Shown one piece after another: positions 11,585 through 21,289 of a stretch of DNA of 64,000 bases. This DNA is from Ruditapes philippinarum (Eukaryota). The stretch spans positions 1-64,000 of the forward strand of contig NW_026861259.1 in assembly GCF_026571515.1 (NCBI RefSeq). Reading direction: 5' to 3'. Position numbers and translations under genes: made by a program. Position 1 is the first letter of the stretch, and each line of letters opens with the position of its first letter. The notes below the pieces were generated by a model, which saw only the letters and a program-made list of their open reading frames with translations, was not told where the DNA came from and searched no databases.

Positions 11585-11962
11585 TTATATAGTGTAATTA
11601 ATCCATCGTGATTTTATGCCTTTCTTCTTTGCACTAGACAATTTCTTTCCGTCAAAATTTCTTTTCGCTATCTTTCTTTGTTTGCCTTTAGAAGGTGATA
11701 ATTTTATCCTGTTGAAAGGCATCCTGGAGAGTGGTTTGTCTACATAGAATCTTGGTTTCTCCTCCATACTTTGCTCATTTTCACCTTTGCTATTGCTTAT
11801 GTGCTTCTCCTCGGAATCCATGTTTTCTGACCCAAGATCAGGATAAGACAAGTCTTTATTCTCTCTTTGACCGCCGATTTGTTCCTTCAGTTTAGAATCT
11901 TCCATAAGTTTCACTAAATGTTCGTATTTACTTTTGGGAATGAGCACAAGCTCACGCGCCAT
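11585..11962 (-). CDS. Polinton hypothetical protein (125 aa from ATG 11962)
   Basis: MARELVLIPKSKYEHL N-terminus, QIGG motif, basic tail ending RWINYTI. Tightly packed with its neighbours. Confidence 0.7.
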   Translation of the reverse strand: MARELVLIPKSKYEHLVKLMEDSKLKEQIGGQRENKDLSYPDLGSENMDSEEKHISNSKGENEQSMEEKPRFYVDKPLSRMPFNRIKLSPSKGKQRKIAKRNFDGKKLSSAKKKGIKSRWINYTI

Positions 11963-11966
11963 TACT

Positions 11967-12278
11967 TTATAACAGTTCGCTTTTGACTGCAGCAATAAAA
12001 GGTAAAATATATTTGAAGTATTTCAGAAGCAGTTCTTTTCTCTTTTTCAACGAAAGTCCTTTGCTCACAAATTGCCGAATGATAAGTTTTCGTTTGATTA
12101 CATGCTTTTTGTCTTTTTCTGTCAGTGGGCGAACGCCAATCAGGATATTATACACAATCTGCACAATAGCGCTTAACTGCAACTTCTCAATGTTTTGTAT
12201 TAAAACCTTCTTCTGTTTGTCAGATGTATGGAGAAGTAACAATAAAAAATCCTTCTCTTTTCTAATCAAAGGATTCAT
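11967..12278 (-). CDS. Small basic helical Polinton protein of unknown function
   Basis: ATG overlaps the ATPase TGA (ATGA). LIQNIEKLQLSAIVQIVYNILIGVRPL pattern resembles a small ORF recurrent in animal Polintons. Confidence 0.8.
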   Translation of the reverse strand: MNPLIRKEKDFLLLLLHTSDKQKKVLIQNIEKLQLSAIVQIVYNILIGVRPLTEKDKKHVIKRKLIIRQFVSKGLSLKKRKELLLKYFKYILPFIAAVKSELL

Positions 12279-13074
12279 GCTGCCTTTTCTGGTTGATAAA
12301 CTATCATTAACTGACCAGGCAATATGTTGGTGCGAAGTTTATATTTTGGGTCTGAATGTGGAGATAGATCCACCAGGAGATATCTATATTTCTCCGCAGT
12401 AGCCTTCTTGTACGCGTCCATAAAAAACTTTACTCGCCCAGGGAAGATTTGACGTCCTAAAGTCTGTATTTGTAATTCATCTCGGCTGCTTTTAAACAAA
12501 AAGAAATAATGTGTGTTTAAACTGATGGTGCGAAATTCGCGTCCTGGACAAAATGCGTTTTGACAAATAAGAAAGCAGAAGTATTTGTAATGGTGGGCAT
12601 ATTTGCAATAAATGTCGACTACATCTTTGCTTTTGGCGCTCTCACTCATTAAGTCATCAATGACTAATATTTTTTCTCTTGGCTCATTCATGTGCCAAGT
12701 TTCAAGTTCAGCTTTTGTGGGAAGTCCTTCATAAAAGGTAATGCTGGGAATGGCTTTCTTCACTTCAGCATAGAGAGGTTGATCTACACTATAGCAGTAA
12801 TAGATGGCTTTAATTGGTTTTGTGAAAGCTACGTTGGCATGTTTCAATAGTTGAAACACGAAACTACTTTTTCCAACATTGCTCGGGCCTACAAAGAAAA
12901 AAGAAATAGAAAAATCATTGATAAAGTTTGTTTTTATTAAAAAATAATCTTCATATATATACTAAATTAGAAACCGTCTAGTAACGATGTTGTCAACAAC
13001 AGCAATGAAATGTAGAACTAACCTATTACTTGTGCTGTAGAATCTACTTCTAGTTTAACATATAAGTCATCCAT
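12275..13074 (-). CDS. A32/FtsK-HerA-like genome-packaging ATPase, spliced; exons 13074-13023 and 12888-12275; 221 aa
   Basis: Spliced N-terminus MDDLYVKLEVDSTAQVIG|PSNVGKS (Walker A), Walker B ILVIDD, LICQN and RTISLNTHY motifs. Confidence 0.93.
12889..13022 (-). other. Spliceosomal intron in ATPase (134 bp, phase 1, within the first Gly codon of Walker A)
   Basis: Minus strand ATAG|GTTAGT ... TTTTTTCTTTGTAG|GC. Confidence 0.9.
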
Positions 13075-13352
13075 TCTCTCTCAAGTGATGCAACGAAAAT
13101 GACATCAAGAAATACTTTTCAAGATATATTTATATAAGAGGAGGGAGGGCTAAAAGGGACGTAGTTTGCAAAAAAAAAGTAACATCTTGTGAAAGTTTAT
13201 AATGTTTATTAGCAGCAACCTTCAGATACAATTTACATATCAAGATACATTAAAACATTTACAAATACGTTTTCACAACACATCTTAATGATTCACTAAA
13301 CCGTTATCTGATCCTTTTCAACAGCAAATAGTTTTCACTCGCTCTAAATAAG

Positions 13353-13751
13353 TTAACTGAATCGGTTTTCCAGTGAAAGCAGTCGCAAACTCATTCTTAT
13401 CATTTTATTTTTCCACTCTAAAGTTGCCATGTTCATTTCGCGCCAGTCTTTCCAGTAGATCTTTAGCTCCTATAAATCCAGTAGCTCAGAAGATACATGA
13501 AGGACAGAAGCAACTTCGTGCAATTTCATTAAAATCTTAAACTCATTGACTTCATGCAGAACATCATTGAAATATAACGTTAATTGTTGCTTATTTGATA
13601 AATTGATGCACATATGATCCAGTTGTGATAAACAAGATTGTTGACATCCGAAACACTTCTTTTTAAACACAGAATAGATTTTCTCACGTATTTCTTCGGC
13701 GTAGAAAAAGTCAAAATAAGATTTCAGTAATGAAACTTTACTGAGCTCCAT
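13353..13751 (-). CDS. Polinton accessory protein with CxxC..SQxxHxC motif; TAG at 13470-13472 possibly premature
   Basis: CFGCQQSCLSQLDHMC. The frame stays open 38 codons past the TAG (ELKIYWKDWREM...ENRFS*). AATAAA on - at 13205-13210. Confidence 0.65.
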
Positions 13752-13769
13752 ATTTCTGTTACATATAGC

Positions 13770-14138
13770 TTAGATATCCACATTCACTGAGGAAAATGCA
13801 CCATAACCCCAACACCGTGGTTGATTATCTGATGTTGTCCCTGTAAGCCCAGTTAGTTTTAAATAAACGCATTCAGATGACCACTTTAGGTGTTCAGCAA
13901 AGGGAGTATCATTAACACTCCACTGATACACTCTAGCTCCGCAAGCAAAACATTCCACTATATCTCCCTCCTTGGTGTAAAAGAATCCTGCATTAACTAA
14001 AGTATATTTATCCTGTTTCAGTTGTTTGGGCCATGTTTCAAAAGTAGACAGCCGATCTTCATACTTCGCATACTTTTCCCATTTCAATTTACATCCAAAA
14101 AGTAGAGTGTCATTGGAATTCATGTTTGCGCTTGTCAC
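13770..14138 (-). CDS. Single-BIR-domain inhibitor-of-apoptosis-like protein (likely ATG at 14123)
   Basis: RLSTFETWP..LVNAGFFY..GDIVECFACG..W..DTPFAEHLKWSSEC is a complete BIR CX2CX16HX6C. No RING domain. Confidence 0.92.
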   Translation of the reverse strand: MTSANMNSNDTLLFGCKLKWEKYAKYEDRLSTFETWPKQLKQDKYTLVNAGFFYTKEGDIVECFACGARVYQWSVNDTPFAEHLKWSSECVYLKLTGLTGTTSDNQPRCWGYGAFSSVNVDI

Positions 14139-14150
14139 TCAAATACTTTA

Positions 14151-14900
14151 TTACCAGGTTTGAAACACACCATTCACTACAGTAATTGGAAACGATGTGT
14201 TCGATTCGTTTTGTGCAGTATATTTTGTAGGCTGTTCTTGTCCCGCGCTTTCATAAAGGTAATTGCTATCATTTAAATTATTTTGTAAAACGTTGTCATA
14301 TACAGTATGTTTTGTAGGCTGTAACTGTTCAACGCTTTCGTAAAAGTCGTTGGCGCCATTTTCGTCATTTAGTGTTTCGCTGCCAACGTTCCAGTCATCC
14401 ATAATCCCAGGCACACCAAGTTGGTTCTGAGGAACCTCCTCAAACATGTTGTAGCTTGATTCTTCATTAAACAATTCACTGTTTACATGATCATGTACTA
14501 TAAATGGCTGACTCGTTTCCAAATCGCTACAGCTATCCTTACATATTTTGTCATATATGAAGCTACCTTCTTTAAGCGTATCTCCTATAATTTTGAACTG
14601 TTCACATTCTCCTTGTTTTTCTGGCGTGGTGTTGTTTAACTCTTCAGTAGAAATAGTACCTTCTAGCTGTTTGTTAGTTTTTGTGTTTTTAAAACACCTT
14701 TTTTTAAAGTTTTTCTTTGTAAAATGATATTTACTTCCCAAATGACGAGAAACGTAAAATTCAGTCATCCACTTTTTACACGTTGCACAGAATATGTTTT
14801 TTATTCCATCCTTTTTCATTTTTGACGTAATACAATGCCTCTCATAGTTTTGATGATAAATTTTACTTTTATCTAATATATTCAGTTGTGCCTGTGTCAT
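14151..14900 (-). CDS. Hypothetical 249-aa protein with one C2H2/matrin-like zinc finger and an acidic repeat tail
   Basis: FCATCKKWMTEFYVSRHLGSKYH, plus internal repeat FYESVEQLQPTKHT / LYESAGQEQPTKYT. Confidence 0.65.
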   Translation of the reverse strand: MTQAQLNILDKSKIYHQNYERHCITSKMKKDGIKNIFCATCKKWMTEFYVSRHLGSKYHFTKKNFKKRCFKNTKTNKQLEGTISTEELNNTTPEKQGECEQFKIIGDTLKEGSFIYDKICKDSCSDLETSQPFIVHDHVNSELFNEESSYNMFEEVPQNQLGVPGIMDDWNVGSETLNDENGANDFYESVEQLQPTKHTVYDNVLQNNLNDSNYLYESAGQEQPTKYTAQNESNTSFPITVVNGVFQTW

Positions 14901-15194
14901 GACTGCTTAATAAGCTAATGCAAACAAGACTGTTTTCATTTATTCAAAAATTGGGAATCACACACATTAAAGTACTGCCTCTTATTTTTTATTGGTTGAA
15001 AAGAATCACGTGTTAGGCTTCTGTATTTGATATATATATTTTTAGATCTGAGACATTACATGATTCTATAAAAAATTATGCTAATACCATTTATAATTGA
15101 TGGATTCTTTCTGTTGAACCTAGGTTTTACAGAAATTTTAATATATTAGATTTTTTTTAAATTAAACACACCAGGACCACCAGTCAATTGAATG

Positions 15195-15937
15195 AAATTT
15201 TACATTTTAATTTTCTAAAGCAGTGGGTAGTATCATACCACCTTTTCAAACACGTGAAATAGGGTGATTAAACCTGTCAACGTTTCCATTGTGAAATTTG
15301 ATGGATGAGGTTATGAACCTCCACACCTGTACATAATTTACATTTCAATGAAAATTGCCAGATTTATCTAATCATTTTTCTCTTCAAGACAGGACATTGG
15401 TTTTATTTTCACCCTTTACAAATGGTAATTGAACGTTCAAAAGTTTAATCTAAATGTAAATTACTTGTGACATCGTGGGAAAATGACATTGCAAAAATTC
15501 CACAGAATAGTTTTGGAGAGGGTGGGACTGGGAGGTGCTTGCATTCTTGCTGACTTTCAGGAAATTTTGGTGCCAATGCAGATAATGACATTTTTGACTT
15601 CTAGGGACCTTCTAGAGTCCATTTTACTAGTCTGCGACTGATTCTGAGGCACTCGCAGACTTTCAGGAATTTTTGGTGTCAATGCAGATAATGACATTTT
15701 TGGCATCTAGGGACTCTCCACAGTCCATTTCAGTGGTCTGCGACTGTTTCTTGCACTGTCGCAGACTTTCAGGAATTTTTTGGTGCCAATGGAGTTAAGA
15801 CCTGTTTTTGGTTCTAGTGGCCCCCCAGGAGGCCATTGAACATATTTTCACGTTTATCTCCCCTTTCACGCATGCGCAGTAACCCAAGGAGCAAGAACCA
15901 CCTAGGTGGTGATTTCTCCCCCCAGTTTTATACTACT
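15195..15937 (-). repeat. Right terminal inverted repeat region, only about 2.3 copies of the 106-bp unit
   Basis: Reverse complement of the left end. Repeat units at ~15550-15790. Confidence 0.9.
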
Positions 15938-16257
15938 TGCAGTTCTTTTAATTTTGTATCAATGATCTCTGACGTTTTGTTTTGTAGTGCTTCGATTGTC
16001 TCACCAAACTTTTGCTATGTTGTGTTAATGCTTAACGAGTGTTTCGCCTGTTTTTCAACCATTTCATTTAGTTTCCGGTCAACACTTTTCACTGTTTGTT
16101 CCATTTCAGATTTCATTCTCTCCATTTGAAATTCCATGCGAACCATTTTCTCTAACACTTTCTCTTCGAAATCATATTTTGAACAGTGCAGTTCCTCCGA
16201 CTTTGCACATGTTAGTAGGTAACTCAATAAAAAAAATTTACAGAATGAAATTCTCAT
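15938..16257 (-). pseudogene. C1qDC copy F exon 1, split by the Polinton (rest at 245-261, donor GT at 244-243), nonsense TAG at 16015-16017
   Basis: MRISFCKFF..CSKYDFEEKVLEKMVRMEF..TT*QKFGETIEALQNKTSEIIDTKLKELQ|ILK. Paralogues read TTQEKLSEK. Exon 2 would lie left of the window. Confidence 0.92.
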
Positions 16258-17631
16258 TTTTATTTTTAAAGTGACACAAAATTTTGCAATGCGAAGAAGT
16301 TTAAATAAAAAGGAAGAGGGCCTAGTATGAGGGAAGCACAGGAAACATCAGTCTTATATACCACAAATTTAAAATCATGAGGGATGTATAAAAAGTACAG
16401 ACATAGCTTATTAGTCCATTAGTGCTTTTCATATTAAATTTGTTTTTCTTAAGATAAGCAGACAAAAACTATCAGGAAGAAAGTTATTTGGGGAAGCATT
16501 TTAAACTGTTGAGAAATTTATAGTTATCCACAATCCATAAACTACTTTACATGTTATTTTAAAGGCACATTATACTTCAGAAATCAATGTTTTCTTCATT
16601 CTTTACATATGTCAAATTTGAGTTTAATAATGTTTTAAAGATGGATTAAGAGTACGTTAGATATTAAACAGCTGAAAATAAGTTTTGAACGTTAAGTTGT
16701 GTATCGTAAAGGTAGGAAAATATAAACAAAATAGTATTTTGACTTCCATACAAAATACTTATCACTATAATTATACCAATTGCCAATACAGCAAAAGGTA
16801 AAAAATATAGATCTTGTATATAGCAAATTAGTAAGTTTTGAGAAACTGAAACAAGACACCAAACATTAACAGTTTTTGAGAATAAAAATGATACCATTTC
16901 TGAGGCAAAATGGGTTTTAAGCCAAAATTTGTCTTCCTTTTCTATTCAAGGCCCTTATATAGAAGATATCTATGAATAGCTACTTCATCTACTGCACTTG
17001 ATAGTTGTAACATTCATACTACTTTTTAAAGTTGTTTTTTTTAATCGGAATGGATTTGTATTAAGACATGCAGTTTTAACGTACGTTGATTTTCATTTTA
17101 AATTATTTATAATTAACTCAATATTTCTTTGACTTTTGTAATAGTTACTGCATAAATGCAAATAATTTGTAAATGAATATTGCTACTTATATTTGAAAAA
17201 AAACACACATTTAGCAAATATCCGAGATTTTCCGATTGCTGTAACCAAGATAGAGAGGATTATAAATTCGAAGAATGCACGGGCGAAGTGAAGTTCATAA
17301 AAAAAATTCAAGCAAAATGATATTGACGAGGGAATTATGGGCGTAATATTATTTACGACGACTGCGTGAGAAAATTTACATTCGTGAAGATTACGTAGAC
17401 GAAATTCTAAGATTGCACAGGCGAAATATTTTCTTCATATCAAACTTCGTGAACCAAATTATATTTATAAGGCAAAGGAAACTCGGGAAGACGGCGTGTT
17501 AAAATTGAAATTTACGAAGGCTGCATAGAATAAACGATATTCATGATGTGTGCATGACAGGAATGATATTCATAAAGACTGCAAATTAAATTAATTAAGG
17601 TTGAATGGGCGGCCGAATTGGCAAAAAGACG

Positions 17632-17908
17632 TTTTGTTGGGTTTTACGTTTTACCATCACAGTATAAGTCATATGGCGACTTCCCAGCTTTACTGGTGGA
17701 GGAAGACCTCAGGTGCCCTTCCGGTCATTATTTTTGGCACGAGCGGTAACCTGATTAGAATCTGGGTATAACCACCGACGTTCCGTGAGCTAGCTAGATA
17801 GCTTATTTTACATGAAAAAATTCAAAATCCCTGTTGGAATTCGGACCCATAACGATTACGAGAAAGTTGTTTGAAACAAGGGCCTAAACCACTCGGCCAC
17901 GGTCGCCG
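17632..17908 (-). mobile_element. tRNA-derived SINE (mollusc Meta/MESC-type core)
   Basis: Minus-strand head GGCGACCGTGGCCGAGTGGTTTAGG and body ..GAGGTCTTCCTCCACCAGTAAAGCTGGGAAGTCGCCATATGAC. Homologous copies elsewhere in the window. Confidence 0.75.
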
Positions 17909-17994
17909 GCAAAATGACAGTATTTCAGTCATTACATTTTTCGATTTCTCAGGAATTCGACATTCTCTCTCACTTAAAAACCGCGTTGTTTTTG

Positions 17995-19564
17995 TTTTTA
18001 GCTCACCTGAGCATATGCTCAGGGTGAACTATTAGGATCACTCTTCGTCCGTCGTCTGTCGTCCGTCGTCCGTCGTCCGTCGTACGTCGTCCGTTGTCCG
18101 TTCACACTTTTCAAACGACATCTCCTCTGAAACCATAAGGCAGATCATAATGAAACTTCACAGGGATGTTCCTTGTGTGAAGCCTTAACAAAGTTGTTCA
18201 AAGAATTCCATTCCATGCAGAACTCTGGTTGCCATGGCAACCAAAAGAAAAAACTTTAAACATCTTCTTCTAGATAACCCAAAGAGCTAGAGCTTAGATA
18301 TTTGGCATGAAACATCTTCTAGTGAGTGTCTACCAAGATTGTTCAAATAAAAGCCCTGGGGTCAAAATTGGCCCCGCCCCAGGGGGTCATTGATTTTCCC
18401 TATAGGCATATAGTAAAAAACTTAAAAAATCTTCTTTTAAAGAACCCAAAGAGCTAGACCTAAGATATTAAGCATGAAACATCTTCTAATAAGTGTTCTA
18501 CCAAGATTGTTCAAATAAAAGCCCTGGGGTCAAAATTGGCCCTGCCCAGGGGTCATTGATTTTCCCTATATGCATATAGTAAAAATTTTAAAAAATCTCT
18601 ATTAAAAAACCCAAAGAGCTAGACCTAAGATATTAAGCATGAAACATCTTCTAATAAGTGTCTACCAAGATTGTTCAAATAAAAGCCCTGGGGTCAAAAT
18701 TGGCCCCGCCCCAGGGGGTCATTGATTTTCCCTACATGCATATAGTAAAAACTTTAAAAAAATCTTCTTCTAAAAAACCCAAAGAGCTAGAGCTTAGATA
18801 TTTGGTGTAAAACATGTTCTAATGGATGTCTACCAAGTTTGTTCAAATAAAAGCCCTGGGGTCAAAATTGGCCCCGCCCCAGGGTTCATTGATTTTCCCT
18901 ATATGCATATAGTAAAAACTTAAAAAAATCTTCTATTAAAGAACCCAAAGAGCTAGACCTAAGATATTAAGCATGAAACATCTTCTTATCAGTGTCTACC
19001 AAGATTGTTCAATAAAAGCCCTGGGGTCAAAATTGGCCCCGCCCCAGGGGGTCATTGATTTTCCCTATATGCATATAGTAAAAACTTAAAAAAAAATCTT
19101 TTAAAGAACCCAAAGAGCTAGAGCTAAGATATTTAGCATAAAACATGTTCTAATGGGTGTCTACAAAATTTGTTCAAATAAAAGCCCTGGGGTCAAAATT
19201 AGCCCCGTCCCAGGGGTCATTGATTTTCCCTATATACATAGAGTAAAAAGTTTAAAATCTTCTATTAAAGAACCCAAAGAGCTAGAGCTGAGATATTTAG
19301 CATGAAACATGTTCTAATGGATGTCTACCAAGTTTGTTCAAATAAAAGCCCTTGGGTTAAAATTGGCCCTGCGTGGGGGAAGGGGGGGGGACAAAAGTCA
19401 TTGTTATTCATAATTTGTGTATAGTAAAATCTTAACATCATGAAATATCTTCTAATGGGTGTCTTCCAAGTTTGTTCAAATAAAAGCCATTTGGTTTAAA
19501 ATGGCCCGGCCCTGAGGGCCTATGTTCAGGTGAGCGACCCTAGGGCCATCATGGCCCTCTTGTT
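17995..19564 (+). mobile_element. Non-autonomous Helentron-type element (HINE) carrying a ~166-bp tandem array (about 7-8 copies)
   Basis: Subterminal IR GCTCACCTGA / TCAGGTGAGC, (CGTC)n microsatellite, 164-168-bp repeats with GGGGTCAAAATTGGCCCCGCCCC, 3' hairpin AGGGCCATCATGGCCCT, T-rich flanks. Confidence 0.85.
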
Positions 19565-19919
19565 AAATCACATGAGCGTTGATGTGACCATGGGCAACTG
19601 TAGAGAACATATAATATATCAACCCAATACATTTCGAGATTTTCTTAGAAACATGAAGCATTGAAAATTTGCCGCGTCAATCTACGTATTGGTAACTTTC
19701 GGAACACATACTTGATTACCAATAATCATGATAGTCGGTTTCCGGACGGAAAGCGCAGAGAAAATGCTAGTATTTATTGATACTTACTTTTTAAACTACC
19801 CTCTAAATCATGGCAGTCTGCTCTCAATTACAGATGAAATGTTAGAATAACAGAATAACAGGATATGTAAAACACGCTTAATATTTAATGAATATATCAC
19901 GGATGTTTACGGCCTTTAA

Positions 19920-20966
19920 CACGGTGCATATCCATATCGGTACCCTCTTTGCGAAATCTGCTGAAACGGCACCCTCTTTGTACATGCACAGGCCACTCTC
20001 TGCTCAAAACAAACCAGCGATGGATATCAAGCCAGTAAAAATTCATTGCAATAAGGAAAGGAGGTATAACACGTGGAAAAGATGTATACCACGGAACACT
20101 AGAATGTTTTATCTATGTACTGATTTGCCATGTGCCCGTTTTTCATGTACTGCAACTTCACAATAAGCTACAAAAAATCGACATGTCTTACCTCGCCCAT
20201 CACCTCGACATACTTTTCGGGCTGAAATGAACAAGTGGCTTGATTATGTATGCATCATACTTATTCAATATGTTTATTTACATATCATCTTCGGACAAAT
20301 GGCAGTACATTGTCAAAAATAAATGTAAAATTCATAAAAACACCCTACTTTCGGTTTTGCAGCGGCACGGGCTACCTCTCTTCATTTGAATTTTTATATC
20401 ACAGGTACCCTCTCATTTTTAAACACACATAGGTACACTCAATGCACGACATATGATTTTATTTGCGTTAATCGTTAAGTATGTAATATTTACATAAAAG
20501 TAAGAAATAAAAACTGAGAGGTAGCCCGTGCCGCTGCAAAACCGAAAGTAGGGTGTTTTTATGAATTTTACATTTATTTTTGACAATGTACTGCCATTTG
20601 TCCGAAGATGATATGTAAACGAACATATTGAATATGTATGATTCATATATAATCAAGCCACATGTTCATTTCAGCCCAAAAAATATGTCGAGGTGATGGG
20701 CGAAGCAAGACATGTCGATTTTTTGTAGCTTATTGTGAACTTGTCGTACATGAAAAACGGGCACATGACAAATCAGTACATAGATAAAACATTCTAGTGT
20801 TCCGTGGTATACATCTTTTCTACGTGTCATACCTTCTTTCCTTATTATTACTGTATGGTTATCCATCGCAGATTTGTTTTTAGCAGAGAGTGGCCTGTGC
20901 ATGTGCAAAGAGCGTACCGTTTCAGCAGATTTCGCAAAGAGGGTACCGATATGGATATGCACCGTG
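19920..20966. mobile_element. Foldback non-autonomous DNA transposon with CACGGTG...CACCGTG ends and 5-bp TSD (Transib-like)
   Basis: Arms 19920-20380 and 20516-20966 are inverted copies. TTTAA at 19915-19919 and 20967-20971. The paralogous empty site near 42040 has a single TTCAA. Confidence 0.8.
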
Positions 20967-21289
20967 TTTAAGACTTTGTAGACCGGAATCTTAATTGTAA
21001 AAACCAAATATCCTAAAACATAAATCAGCCATGTCATAAATTGCTGCGTTTCTCACGCACATCTTCCGTATGTCTGTTTTTTAATAAAATGAAAGCAAGT
21101 ACAGTTAAACCCTTGAACTTTATGTATTATATAAAATATTATTATTGTATGGATGAGTGCTTCAGACTAGATAAAGTCACTTTATTGGATACTCGGAAAG
21201 AGTTCTTCAATAACTTCTACTACTGCTATTTTACTACTGCTGTTACTTGGCTGCTACTTTAATTTAATGACACATTTGTACCAAGTTTC

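Larger units (their letters stand above)
262..15937. mobile_element. Full-length Polinton/Maverick (adintovirus-like endogenous virus), 15,676 bp
   Basis: Starts AGTAGTATAAAACTGGGGGG and ends CCCCCCAGTTTTATACTACT. TGCAGT is duplicated at 256-261 and 15938-15943. Contains pPolB, integrase, ATPase, protease, MCP and minor capsid. The flanks rejoin into a C1qDC exon. Confidence 0.98.

Noticed and set aside
5607-13022. Introns as copies of one introner or as self-splicing introns
   Set aside because: No mutual similarity, TIRs or TSDs were seen by eye. They are too short and AT-rich for group I/II introns.
19920-19960. Full 12/23 recombination signal sequence
   Set aside because: Only a heptamer-like end is present; no ACAAAAACC-like nonamer at 12 or 23 bp.
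19888-21037. Mirror-image ORF pairs on both strands (also 60320-60896)
   Set aside because: Artefacts of the long inverted arms of non-coding foldback transposons.
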